A stretch of 64,000 nucleotides of DNA from Balanoglossus misakiensis (taxonomy: Eukaryota; Animalia; Hemichordata), in contig CM082577.2 in NCBI GenBank assembly GCA_040954595.2, positions 9,883,846 to 9,947,845 on the forward strand. Reading direction: 5' to 3'. The stretch's first letter is position 1. Each line of letters starts with the position of its first letter. The position numbers and the translations under genes are program-made. This document shows, piece by piece, positions 13,101-26,949 of the stretch. A model generated the notes under the pieces. That model had not been told where the DNA came from, did no database searches, and saw only the letters and a list, made by a program, of their open reading frames with translations.

Positions 13101-16100
13101 AGTCACTCCAATTACTTAAAGCGTGCGAGCGCGAAACATGAGAGCTTGCCGGCGACTCGACTGGCCCGAGGAAAAGAATCTCCCTTTTAGTCGGAAACTC
13201 GATCAAAGCGGATTTTTCAGGTTCGTGTAATTTAATGACGTTGTTTACATATTTCCACTACATCTCCCGAAGCTTCCACGGCTGCGTGCTACCCCGGAGA
13301 ATTGCGAACACAATGCTCGGGCTAATACGCGTAAATGCGTGCTCCCGTTGTACGGCTTTGTGTAAAATTGATGACTATCTGGCCAGTATAAACGCGGGGT
13401 TTTATCGTCGCGCGGATTTGAGATTTCCCGCTCGCCCAGAGCCTAGCCATCACTTGCAAGCATTCAGTTCACGATGGTGGTTGCATAAGCCGCGAGGTGC
13501 TTGCATGGGCGGCCTTGACACGTTTGTCATAGTAAACACGCGAGAGATGGTTCTGTTACTCCGACCGAGGTAATTTTCGACAGGTAATTTGGTGTATGAA
13601 CGAAAATATTACAATAAACAGCACGCGTCTCAGCGTCGGGCTTAACGAGCGACCCTGGGCGCCCTCGGGTTCATCTTGGGCCGGCGACTACAATCGGAGA
13701 AACTTTTCCGTCTAAAAACGGGATAATCTCTCCCAAAGTGGTGGATGATGTTTTCTTTATAACTGCGCATCGTAACTGCCTCATTAACATGCAGGTATGA
13801 AAAGACCCCTGCCTGTTGCGTCGAAACCGGTTCATTATAATGTAGATGTAAGAAGACCCCTGCCAGTGTCAAATGTCGAGGAAAACATCTCTCGATCAGC
13901 AGTGGAAATGAACTTCCTGTGGTGTCTGAATCATCAGGTCGAAACAAACACCCGCGTTTCATGACAATATATATATCATGTTAGTCTGGAATATAGACTC
14001 GTGTTTTTTTCGCTTTGCTCGCTCAACAAAGCGAAAAAAATATAAGAGTCTGGATTATAGACTGCCGCGTTTCATGTGTACGTGCATGTGATATAATTAA
14101 GCAATAAAACACCCCCAGCCATGGTATACCACGAGATTTTGACCAGTTCACGACATATACGCACGAGCGATAGCGAGTGCGTATATGGAGTTGAACTGGT
14201 CAAAATCGAGTGGTATACCATGGCTGGGGGTGTTTTATTGCTATTATATTATGCCAGTATATTGAAACTTTGCATAAAACATTTTAAAAAGGCATTTTCT
14301 TTGACTATGATATATGACTGTGGTATATGGCTAATATATCACGGTCACGTGTCGTGTCTCGACCAATCAAATAGCGTGATTTACACCATCAATATACTGG
14401 TATAATATAATACGGTATACCTATAGGACAAAATAGATTCGTACGAACGCTAGTCTGTTGAATGTATTTTGATTTTGTTCCAGATTAAGAAGCTGTCCAC
14501 AATAAAATCTGTTTTGATTCCTCTTAGTGCGTTTATAATAATTTAATACGTTCTCATGTCTATACCACGAAGCATTATTATAACGGTATACTGGTTATAA
14601 CCACGCACAGTGAATCACATTATGAAATTCCCTTTGACAAGTCCTGAAAAAAACCCTTTGTGACTAATAGCAGTTATCAAATCGCCATACTTTATAGATT
14701 TACCACGATACAGTGAATTTCGTGTCATCCTCAATAGTGGAACAAATTAGTCTGACTGATTGGCCGCCGCGCCGGGGAGCGACTATCGCTGCTTTCTAAC
14801 GAATCACGGGTCCCCCGTACAACACTTGGAATGCGCGTTGTATCTCTCAGATCCAATGAAGCGCGATGGCATTGACCTTGATCTGAAAGAACCGAGAGGA
14901 TTTGGAAATGCATCGAGGGGGAAGCATCTGCAAAGAGCAGAGATAATGGCCAGAACCTATAAGCTGACAATGCATGTATGTGTCCTGCAGGCAACATGTT
15001 ATATGTTACCGGGGCCTACACATGACCCTCGTTAATACATTTATAAAATTAGTTTTCTTGTTCTGCAGTGCATTGCGTACTTCCCATATGATTCGTGTCA
15101 TGCTAGTGTACACTATTTCCCCCGTCACTTTGGAAATTTTTTCAACCCGTTTATTTCCTGTTGGTCAGTTAAATCCCAATTTAGCTGTAACTTGCTGCTA
15201 TGTTGTCAGTATTTTCGTTCAGTGTATCTACTGCAATTTCTTGCTCAAATCCCTGAGGCATGTTGAAATGCCCAGTATCCAGCTTATTAATACAACCTAT
15301 ACGAATATAGTCAGCATTGTTATGGTGCAAAATTTGAATTCGAGTCCGGACTAGAATTCATTTGTCAACAATGGCCGTTACATACATACTGGCTATGTTG
15401 ACACTTGGAGTACTGGGTAGCATGCTGTTTGGAGTAGAACAAGAAATTGTATTTGATACACAGAACATCAATACTGAAAATAAAACCAAACGATATAGAT
15501 ATGTCCCTTTACCAACTGCATATCCCCCAAAGTCTTGCGAAAGTAATTCTCATTGGCTGATTAAACGGCATGAAACGACTGCAGCTGCGCACTCCAACTA
15601 TGCATATTTGAACTTTTATGATACGCTATCTTTTCACCGCAATCGGTTATGACGTATTCTTTACATGCCAATTCTATATCACTGCACAAATCAGACTTTG
15701 CAATTGAAGCGAATCATGTCAATACCCTCAGTAGCACTATTTCAACATGTTCCAAGTTCTCTCGTGGACTTTCAAGAAATCTATTTGAACAAGATTCAGT
15801 ACTATTATTAACCTTTATTTCGAGTGCGTGCCCATAAACATTTCTTTATAAATAAAAGACACAAAACAAAACAATTAAGTACACTAAACACTCCCTTAGA
15901 ATGTTCATCTTTGCACTGGCATCTCTTCATGTAATTTCCACAAAACGATATTATTTATTGCTGCGTGGCGTTGAACAGTACCGCTTTGTAATTCTTGTAT
16001 TAATGCTTCTGCTATTGCTCGGCCTGATTACACGTTGCCATATTACCCCGTCTTTACCTCTGCAGGGTTCTCGCTGTTCTCGTTTTGCCGCTGTCGCATC

Positions 16101-19100
16101 GCCACGACAGCAACAGAACGAGACCAGCAAAAAACCCTGCAGAGGTAAACACGGGGACTATCTCTACTTCTGCAACACTTGTGCAAGACGTACTTAATAT
16201 AAGCCTTGAATCTCTTTTCATGGTCTGAACTCGCAAAACACATTTCCACTCGCCAAAACATCACTACCAAAAGTCAACATGGGCATTGCAAAATGTTGTC
16301 CTTGGCAAGCTTACAATAGTCATACTCTACTTTCTAGCGTAAATACAACCGGAAAATCAACAGTTCTGCGAACAATGTGAACCCTATAGTCTGCTCCATG
16401 TTGCGAAATTGTATGGAATAAATGAACAAGGAGCGATTGTCCTCGCTCGTGCGCATGTGTATCAAACATTGAACATAACGTATATGTGTATATGTCCCTG
16501 GATAACATTGCGTGAGCCCGGCTCGCGTCAGATGTTATTTGACCTAGATCAGCGCTTACAAATAATGATTTCAGAGACGCCAAATCTAGATCGCTGCGAC
16601 ATTATGACGTTGACGTCGATCGAAGAAGTAGAAACCTGATTCTTCAAAAAGAGAGCAACTGTTTGCGCTAGAGCCATAGAAGAAAAGATGGCGCGAAAAG
16701 CAAATGGGGACCATATTTTAATATTTGCGCCGTATTTTATGGTAATTTTTTAACCAGGTAGAAATCGAACACGAATCGGCACATGTGGTTGAAATGTCCT
16801 TATTAAACACAGCGGTTGCACTCAAGGTGGCAACGTCGCTGACCTTGGATTTGGTCCCAGCAGCGTTCGAGGCAACCCGGGTCGTACAGAGGACACGCGT
16901 TTATAACAGTGGGTGGTTGTATGGACTGCTACTGCAGGGTGTAGTGGATGGGAGCTTTTAATCCTATTGTGTGTAGGTACAGCACGGATATGGCAGAAGC
17001 TATATGCCTGTGGCAGCCTTTCCCTAGTGTCACATACGCAGCGGCATATTCTCAGCAAGTGACATATGCTGGCAATATTTACTTCAAATGCACCAGTCTC
17101 AAACAGGCTGCGTTCCACTTTCGTGACCTCGCTTTTGCAAGCACATTGCTGGGTATGAAAACAGCGCTAATTCTATGCCAGCACTGTGCTAAGCAAGCGC
17201 TGGCATTCTGCTAGCATTCTGCCAGGTTTTGCTATGTCTATCCTATAAATCAGCGTAGGGTCGTAGATTCGCCGCGTCTTACTGTACAGTAAAAACCCCA
17301 ACGCGCAGAGTTGTAAAATATTTATGACCAGTCACCGTCAAATGGAATTTCATCAGTCTTCTTGTTTTACTGTAGATACTCTCTGATTTCTCCGTTGCCC
17401 TGAAGACTGTGTTCCTGTACCTGTCACCATCGATATCGATGTTCGGTATCACTCAGTTTAGTTTACCATCCAGCATCGGTATAAGCTTCAGTAATTGGGG
17501 GCAGCCCCGCCAAGCTCCCGGTCGAAATTACCTGTCCCGATCTTCACCCGTGTTGGGGGATTCCGCCCCTTTCACATTCTCCAATTTAAACCACATGCCA
17601 TGCAATTACAAATCATTCATAATTTAAAAGGTTTGAATGGAAAATGTAATCGTTCAACGGACCCTCCCCCACATTCTATGATGTTCATGTTGACTGAAAT
17701 TGAATATATCGGGGAATATCCCATTCTTGAGAAATCTCATCAAAGATTCATCACCATCTGAAGGGCAATGCGACGCTGCCTTTACACTAATAGTCTTGAC
17801 GCTTAGGCATGGTAAATGAAACATGTAAGTCGGGTTTTGAACCGCCTTGTGGATGTACCGTAAAATGCCACGAGTTTTATAGCGTCTTTTGCATTGCCTA
17901 ACGGCCGGGAATTTGAGTGAGGGCGTCACATTACTACCACGGACACTCGAGGCTGACCGATGCTCTTAATTACTCAGGCGACGTACAGTGCAGTCTTCAG
18001 GCCGGTACTGGTCAATATTGTATGTAATATGGAAACAATGGCAAAACGCATGAAAATCACATTGGGTATTATGAAGAACGACATTATTTTTTTTTGCGAA
18101 TGTTTGGCAGATCATTGGTATGACATGGACATACACTGTAAGCTGGCCTGGCGAGAATGAGAAATATAGAGGGGAGGATAGGAGGGATAGAGGGGGCGAG
18201 TTCGAATTCGGTCCATGATCGTGGCGAGCAAAATAATAACAGACCAGCTATCATTATTACTCGCGTCATGAAAATAACAAACAAACACGGGCCCCACCCC
18301 ATTTTAATATTTGAGCGCGTTGCGGCATTACGATATCGTGCGGAGCAAACTCTCCTCGTAACGATGAAAAATGTAAACGACTCCACGTGTTGCACGATGT
18401 TGATGTCATCGTTTCTATTCTGAGGAGTACTCGGCATGGTCTCTCTCCTTTGATTAGCGTTATTTGTTCATGATGATATTTTACGATCATAATAAACTTC
18501 CACTCAATTTAGAAAACAAATGACGTCAGCACACATCAATATAGTGCTAACTTCAAAAAATAGGTTTGTATACATGTGTTACTAAATTTACCATACACGA
18601 ACATTAGCATATACGGGCAATAACAGCAAATCAAACAGCACGGTGCCTAAAACAAATTTATTTCATCACCTGTGAAACTGATACCCGCTGATAATAAAGA
18701 AAGAGCTCAGTACATAATGAATATATTGCCGTGTACTGTTGACAATTTTCTTCCTAAATTCAGTGTAGCATACACTTACTTTTTACACGCACCTACGAGG
18801 AATTGGTTGCTACCCCAGCGAGATCGAAATAACACCATACACGTCAGTGACACAGTTAGCGCACTGCATGCGTTTATACTATAATAATCACAAGTGTTTG
18901 CATTGATGCACTTTTTCGCAACTTCACTTGTTTTCACGCAGAGTTCAGAGCCCACGACATACCCGGTCATGGTGTTCGTCCAGGGCGGCACCTATACCGT
19001 GGGAACGACGCAGAACTTCTACGACGGCACAATGCTCGCAGCCAAGAAGCAAGTGGTGGTAGTCACTTTCAACTATCGACTTAATGCTATCGGTGAGTTC

Positions 19101-19154
19101 CGAATAAAATACCAAGAGATTGATTGATTGATTGATTGGTTGATTGGTTAAATA

Positions 19155-19196
<42 letters not shown>

Positions 19197-22100
19197 GAAG
19201 AAGCAAGAGACGAGAAAGTAGTCTTCCAGGCGCTTACGGAGAAAAGCCAACCTAGGGACTGACGGATTTATGTGGCTCGCACAATTCGGTCGTTATTTTT
19301 TGTACATGTACATGTAGGTACATGTTTTCGGTGATTTTTTGTCGCCAGAGGGTAACAAACTCGATTGCAAAATGAAGAGCAAAGAATAACAAAAGGCACT
19401 GCACGAAGAGTAATCAACAAAGTAACCACAAATGCCTTCAGTTGCAAAATGTAATTGTCACGCAATGGAAAGAATCTAGTCGTATCCGTTCATGACGGAA
19501 GAATCATTCTGCTAAATACCTCGTGATCAGTCATGGCACATACTGTGCGCGAAAAGCACCGGTCATGAGAACAATAAATCACTGGTTGTTGTGATCGCTA
19601 TGAATCATATCTAAAGCTCATCCACATCCCCCGTGGAGCCTCGTCTTCCTGTTGCTAGTGTCCAATTGAGATTTGACATTTTGCTGGCATACCCAATCGA
19701 ACGGCGCCCCCTGGAGTGACCACAGCGGCGAAAAGTAGCGGTAGTCGTGTTTTGATAATAGCGACAATTGACCTACTGAGTTCGAGCTTTCGTTTTGCTA
19801 CGTGTGTACTCCGAGACTTTTGATAAAATTAACAGCCGTAAACTCAATAACGGGTTTTAAGTTATAATGGTTATTGATCTCAGTAATAACACGCCTTTCA
19901 GTCGGCGAGACAAAAATGAGTCCAAGGTCACAACTTGCCCTGCCTCGACCTTTTTCCTACATTATAGTATGTATGTATGTATGTATGTATGTATGTATGT
20001 ATGTATGTATGTATGTATGTATGTATGTATGTATGTATGTATGTATGTATGTATGTATGTATGTATGTATGTATGTATGTATGTATGTATGTATGTATGT
20101 ATGTATGTATGTATGTATGTATGTATGTATGTATGTATGTATGTATGTATGTATGTATGTATGTATGTATGTATGTATGTATGTATGTATGTATGTATGT
20201 ATGTATGTATGTATGTATGTATGTATGTATGTATGTATGTATGTATGTATGTATGTATGTATGTATGTATGTATGTATGTATGTATGTATGTATGTATGT
20301 ATGTATGTATGTATGTATGTATGTATGTATGTATGTATGTATGTATGTATGTATGTATGTATGTATGTATGTATGTATGTATGTATGTATGTATGTATGT
20401 ATGTATGTATGTATGTATGTATGTATGTATGTATGTATGTATGTATGTATGTATGTATGTATGTATGTATGTATGTATGTATGTATGTATGTATGTATGT
20501 ATGTATGTATGTATGTATGTATGTATGTATGTATGTATGTATGTATGTATGTATGTATGTATGTATGTATGTATGTATGTATGTATGTATGTATGTATGT
20601 ATGTATGTATGTATGTATGTATGTATGTATGTATGTATGTATGTATGTATGTATGTATGTATGTATGTATGTATGTATGTATGTATGTATGTATGTATGT
20701 ATGTATGTATGTATGTATGTATGTATGTATGTATGTATGTATGTATGTATGTATGTATGTATGTATGTATGTATGTATGTATGTATGTATGTATGTATGT
20801 ATGTATGTATGTATGTATGTATGTATGTATGTATGTATGTATGTATGTATGTATGTATGTATGTATGTATGTATGTATGTATGTATGTATGTATGTATGT
20901 ATGTATGTATGTATGTATGTATGTATGTATGTATGTATGTATGTATGTATGTATGTATGTATGTATGTATGTATGTATGTATGTATGTATGTATGTATGT
21001 ATGTATGTATGTATGTATGTATGTATGTATGTATGTATGTATGTATGTATGTATGTATGTATGTATGTATGTATGTATGTATGTATGTATGTATGTATGT
21101 ATGTATGTATGTATGTATGTATGTATGTATGTATGTATGTATGTATGTATGTATGTATGTATGTATGTATGTATGTATGTATGTATGTATGTATGTATGT
21201 ATGTATGTATGTATGTATGTATGTATGTATGTATGTATGTATGTATGTATGTATGTATGTATGTATGTATGTATGTATGTATGTATGTATGTATGTATGT
21301 ATGTATGTATGTATGTATGTATGTATGTATGTATGTATGTATGTATGTATGTATGTATGTATGTATGTATGTATGTATGTATGTATGTATGTATGTATGT
21401 ATGTATGTATGTATGTATGTATGTATGTATGTATGTATGTATGTATGTATGTATGTATGTATGTATGTATGTATGTATGTATGTATGTATGTATGTATGT
21501 ATGTATGTATGTATGTATGTATGTATGTATGTATGTATGTATGTATGTATGTATGTATGTATGTATGTATGTATGTATGTATGTATGTATGTATGTATGT
21601 ATGTATGTATGTATGTATGTATGTATGTATGTATGTATGTATGTATGTATGTATGTATGTATGTATGTATGTATGTATGTATGTATGTATGTATGTATGT
21701 ATGTATGTATGTATGTATGTATGTATGTATGTATGTATGTATGTATGTATGTATGTATGTATGTATGTATGTATGTATGTATGTATGTATGTATGTATGT
21801 ATGTATGTTTCTATGTTTCTATCTAAGTATGAACGTACAGCAATTCACACTTACTCCAACATCTGCACCGATTAAACCCCACTGAGGTCACTGCGAATTC
21901 GAAGAAGTGTAGTAATTGAAAAGAAAAGAGTCAAGCGATTTGCGCGAAACGTTTCTGTCTCCTAATCCTTAGTGAAAGAAGAGAACTTGAGTGCTATTTG
22001 AATCATCGTCAGTGTTTGCAAAGCTTCAAGAAAATCACCAACCAACCAAAGGTAATCTTCCGCGAAGTCTCAAGAGCAGACCCGTCACAGCCGAGCATTC

Positions 22101-25100
22101 TTTCATATCGCCGCCATCGGCTTTTAAATACCCATGGATCAATTATCTCATAAACCGATTACTGGGCAGCCCTTTGATATCTCGGGGTCTTTTTGCAATC
22201 GCTATGCATCTGAAAAAGATACATCGCTGGGCTCGTCCCATTCCCGGAAGGGCGGAACGATGAGTCGAATTGAAATGCAAAGGAAGCGGACCATATATTT
22301 TAAACGACGTGGCGGCCGTACCGGCGTTCGATCAAGATGAAGGAATCTAATTGTGAACGCAATGCACCCATGTGTTTGGACAGGAAGCGGAGATAACTTG
22401 AAACGTCCCTTATGGTTGGTTGTGGCATTGATAAAGCAATTTAAGAGAAATTTTGCCAAACACCAGGATTTAACTTTTCCCTGATCTAAAAAAGAGTATA
22501 AATTGCCGTGCTGCCCAAGAGACAGAATGAATCGTTTATGTCGGTTCCAAGAGTCAAAAATAAACATTCTCTAAAATTTCATCCACTCTTGCGGAATACA
22601 AATGATAATATTAAATATATAGAATATTGTATACCCCGAGAGTATTTTCCCAACTTCAAGTCATTGAAAATGAATTTTCTGTCATTTTCTGTCAGTCGCT
22701 GTATTTTCCTCCTTCTAATAAATGGTTCATCACGCACAACAGAAAAAACACCAAATGGCACGATCTTCAGCCAGTACTTCATTTTGAAGGTCGGTTACAA
22801 AATTTTGACAGGATACGCTTGAAACTATAGTTTGTGATAATAAGATCTCGCAAATAGCCTAAAAATAGTTCACATTTTACTGTTCTACTTGTCTGACGCA
22901 CACACCACTGACTAGGCAAGTAGAACGATTTTCTTGTATGATCTCAAGATTTCATTATCGTCAATTCCCTCCCAGGGTTTCTGTGTACACACGACGACGA
23001 GGCCCCTGGGAACTACGGAGTTCTGGACCAGGTCGCCGCCATTCGCTGGGTTAACGACAACATCCATTACTTCGGCGGCGACAATTCATCAATCACCCTC
23101 TTTGGACAGAGCGCGGGCGCCGCCAGCGTCGGATTGCAGCTAGTGTCTCCCCTAGCCAAAGGTATTCGCTAATCTTCATCAGGTGTTAACTTATCAAAAC
23201 TGCCTATACATGTACATGTAGGATATCGGCGTTTCTATTACATGTAAATTAATTTTTCAACAGTGCCAGCGCAGTATATAGCTGTCAAACATGGCTCCAG
23301 AAAACCATCACGTGACAGGGAGTAGGACAAGAACCAGTAGTTGATACACGGAACATGAATACCAGTTGAAAAAATGCCAAAAATGCTGCGGTTGCTTTCC
23401 AAGTTTTAAACGTCAAGCTCCACAAAATAAACTTGAAGGAAATTATTAGAATACTGCTTACGTGACTAAGCTCACACACTGTTCGTTGACCAAGGCTGTG
23501 CGATTCCAGAATCCACTGAATTGTTAATGTGTTTTTTAACAGAGTCAAACTCCAATCTCTCCATTAGGGTTGTTTCATCGGGCGATAGCGCAGAGCGGCA
23601 GCGCGTTCGTGCCGTTTGCAATCAAGACGCCGCCCTACGACATTGTGAGGAACACAAAGAAACTGGCGGAGATGATGGCCTGCCCGACGGAACCGTCAAA
23701 ACAACTTGTGGAGTGCCTGAGGACCAGGAACGCCTACGAGATCGCAACGGCTTCGTCGGCATTTGTGAGTTGACATAAGTGGGCGGTCACCAAATAGCGC
23801 TCAAATTTTCCCAAACTTAAATATTTATAAGAATACCCCATAGCCCCCTTTTCTAGCGAAATAATTTGCAAGAAATCACAAACTTCACATTTATTGGGCA
23901 ACACACCCACCAGACTATTTTCGCCTGGTTTGATTCGTTCATTGTTACTTTGTGAAATAGAGGCAAATGGCGGCGTTTGTAATCAACCACATTTGTGTAA
24001 AATTTCTTTGACAAAACGTGTTCGCAATAAACAGGATAAAGCAAGACCAAGTCAGTCAGATAGACTGATCGATATAAGTTGCAAAAGTTACTGGCATGTG
24101 AATAACTTTCTTGAAATTTATAATATAATCTTTTAAGAAACCTTTTTGTTGATCGATCAGTCGAAGAGAGGGTTATCATAATGTACTCTTCAAATGCAAT
24201 GTATTGTGCACAAAATCCTTTTCGTGGTGTGATTTGAAATTGCTTTAATGTAGACCTCAATCTGATTTAGACCTTTATTGAGACATACGTAGTATTTTCG
24301 AGGTAAATAGCGCCCTCATGATACACCCGGTGCACCTCAGACTCTCGCAAAGTGTATTACCGCACGTACTCATGCCACCAATCGCGCAGTTTGTTCAGGC
24401 CCCGGGAAGCATCGTATAGCTTAGTATAGAAACCTTTCTTGAACACAAGCGCCAATACTGTCATGTAATTTGTCGACTATTTATTGCAGCTTGACGGCGA
24501 CGAAGTTCCCTTCTGTCCCATCGTCGACGGTCCCGGCGGCTTCATGCCCGACGACCCGCTGACGTTGATGATCAACGGCGAGTACAGCAGAGTGCCGTTG
24601 ATGTTCGGTCACACCGCTCACGAGAACGGGTTCACCTTAGGTCAATATTCTCTCTCCAGTCTGCTGTACCACTTGTAGACGGGAATTCTTTAAAGTCTGC
24701 GTGATTTCAAATCGCGCGGTCACCAAAACGATGATCCATGCATATTATGTTCAGTTAGGGAGTCTCGTAGAAAATGCTGAGTCAGCACTTTTGTTGCACT
24801 CCACATGCTATATTTTTCCTATGGAGAAAATATATGAACACAGCTCTACAAAAAATCACGCAGTAGCGTTTTACCTCTCTTTAGGTACCTTTTGTGAAAA
24901 TTTCAAGAAAATGACAATGTTTTCTCAAAATTCTACATGTAAAGCTATGGAGATTAATAACCATGCACTGTGTCTGGGCAGGCAACTACCTCGAGAATCG
25001 AACACGAACAAAATCGAAACAACTAGAAATATTCACGTATCTTTAGCAAGAAATGTTCATACACAACGATGAAAAAAATACTGACGACAACTCTTCATTT

Positions 25101-25468
25101 ATTTTCTACGTCCGACCGTTTGTTGTTGTTGAATTTTCCAGTGACCGTACGAGGTGTCAACGACGTCGGCATCACCAGGGAAAAATTCGAAGATATGATC
25201 ATGAAGCGATTAGTTTTACCCAGAGTATACAAAGAGAATGGACCAGGAAACGAAGGCGTTTTCCACAGCGATATTTTCAACGCTATCAATTTCCACTACA
25301 CACCATGGAAGAATCCAGACGATGGCATCGCCCTCAGAGACAGTTTCGTCAAAGTGAGTGACCGCTTTCGTTTTTCAAGCGTCTTACTGTTTTCGATTCT
25401 GCTTGTGTTACGCGCTCTATGGTCTGTACCTCCTAATCTGTCTTTCTGTCTGTCTGTCTTTCTTTCTT

Positions 25469-25517
<49 letters not shown>

Positions 25518-26949
25518 CTGTCTATCTGTGTCTAATTCTTCCTGCCTTATTCTTTCTGCAGATGGGCGTTGACCGTGGATATAAAGCCGGTGTGTATCTT
25601 CAGGCAAAGTTGGCGGCCGAAGATTCAGTACCGACCTATTTTTATCGCTTTGATTACATCTCGGAGAAAAGTCCGTTTCCGAACTGGACCGGTAGGGCCA
25701 TCCACGTGCGTTTGTGTCGATTGAAATGCCTAGTTATAATTGAGGACATATGTTAGATTGTTATTATTTTCTGACTGTTCAGCGTTGACCTAAAATTACC
25801 CGTAGGCTATCATATCTGCAACTTCAGCGTTTTCATTTTGCACAAAGTCATTCAAATGTCGTCTTCTTGACGAACGTGCCGATTCCAATTCCGTCCATTT
25901 AAGTGAGCACGCTCTCATAACAATGACATATGAACTATGTTACTATTTTCGGAAATATGCTTGAAATGTATACGTGATTGAACAACTATAACTTCTACAA
26001 GCGCAGTTTTATTCAGCTGGAACTGAATATCATGTACACAAATGTCTGCACAGCTGCGCTGCTAGGAAACCTCACTTACGTATACGGGGTTGTGAAGCCC
26101 CATATGATCGGTGCATTCCAAATCTGTGCTGGTGAATTTCGTGCAGTCACATCCTCGATGTTCATGTTTGTTTGTTTATTTGTTTATTTGTTTTGTTTGT
26201 TTATACCAACAGGTGTCCCGCATGGCGAGGATCTGTTGTACGTGTTCGGCGTACCTTTCGAGAATGATCGACCGCGTGAATGGACCGAGCGCGATCGAAA
26301 CGTCAGTGACACCGTCATGACACTATGGACCAACTTTGCAAGATACGGGTGATTACCGATAAACAGCTTTGCGTGAACAGATCGCCCTTCACCGCGACTG
26401 AATTTCTTTCATAGGATATTGATGAGTTTGTGACCTGAAGTTACTTTCGATACCGATTTGAATTCTTGGGTCAGGTTCATTTTGCGGTAATTTTGCACTT
26501 TGCTGTGTGTCGCTGCGTGTTTAACGTACATGTAAAAGCTAGCTGCGTAGTTACATATATAAACGAGAGAATCATTGGGAGACAAGAACGCCTGATAACT
26601 GAAGGTCAATGTGTAATCAGTATATCTATGATGGTTCCAACCGTTTATCGCAAAACCTTCCTATCTGTACTAGAATTGAGTGTTTACGACAGATTTAACC
26701 TTTATTGTGTCGATCATTAATTTCAGCGACCCGACACCAGACGGACAGGCAGTGCCAAACGTCGAGGAGAGATGGGCCCTGTTTGACACCAATACGTCGG
26801 CTCTGTTCCACATCGATGCCGAGTGCGCCACCAACGACGACCTGGACGCAAAGAGCGCTACGTTCTGGAATGAGTACGACCCCAAAGTGTCCTTCTCGGC
26901 GACCTATCCAGATTGTTCTTACTGCGGCTCCTGTGACGGCAACGACTAA
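10155..26949 (+). CDS. Type-B carboxyl/cholinesterase-family esterase, gene 1 (predicted secreted), 9 exons
   Basis: Exons 10155-10550, 18942-19092, 22976-23161, 23568-23764, 24490-24640, 25142-25353, 25562-25691, 26213-26348, 26727-26949, with GT-AG boundaries and compatible phases. Motifs: signal-peptide-like N-terminus, [16 protein letters not shown]...[35 protein letters not shown] (Ser), GHTAHE (Glu), GVPHGED (His), LWTNFARYG. It ends [11 protein letters not shown] with no hydrophobic tail. Confidence 0.92.
11734..12088. mobile_element. MITE-like TIR element bounded by TTAA, in intron 1 of esterase gene 1
   Basis: ttaaggtagcacgcgcctcg ... cgaggcgcattctaccttaa are inverted termini with 2 mismatches. 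Confidence 0.7.
13983..14063. repeat. Short palindromic element
   Basis: agtctggaatatagactc..ttttttcgctttg / caaagcgaaaaaaa..gagtctggattatagact are imperfect inverted arms. A ccgcgtttcatg direct repeat lies at 13952-13963 and 14065-14076. Confidence 0.55.
14100..14242. repeat. Long near-perfect palindrome (foldback element)
   Basis: agcaataaaacacccccagccatggtataccac...gattttgaccagttca...catatacgcac-gagcgatagcga-gtgcgtatatg...tgaactggtcaaaatc...gtggtataccatggctgggggtgttttattgct. Confidence 0.85.
15169..15510. mobile_element. Dispersed palindromic MITE-like repeat, copy A
   Basis: Clearly homologous to 47282-47637 (shared cagtatccagcttat..acaacctat..atagtcagcattgt..gtgcaaaatttgaattc.agtccggactagaattcatttgt), with a central dyad gaattc-agtccggact-gaattc. 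Confidence 0.75.
19117..19194. repeat. (GATT)n microsatellite, interrupted
   Basis: Visible gatt units just inside intron 2 of esterase gene 1. Confidence 0.9.
19967..21808. repeat. Pure (GTAT)n tetranucleotide array, ~1.84 kb (~460 units)
   Basis: Uninterrupted gtat repeats in intron 2 of esterase gene 1; source of the MYVC ORFs. Confidence 0.99.
25437..25530. repeat. (CTGT/CTTT)n microsatellite
   Basis: Visible in intron 6 of esterase gene 1. Confidence 0.85.

Noticed and set aside
19867-21885. 630-670 aa MYVC-repeat ORFs
   Set aside because: Translations of the (GTAT)n microsatellite, which lacks stops in all three frames; it lies within an intron.
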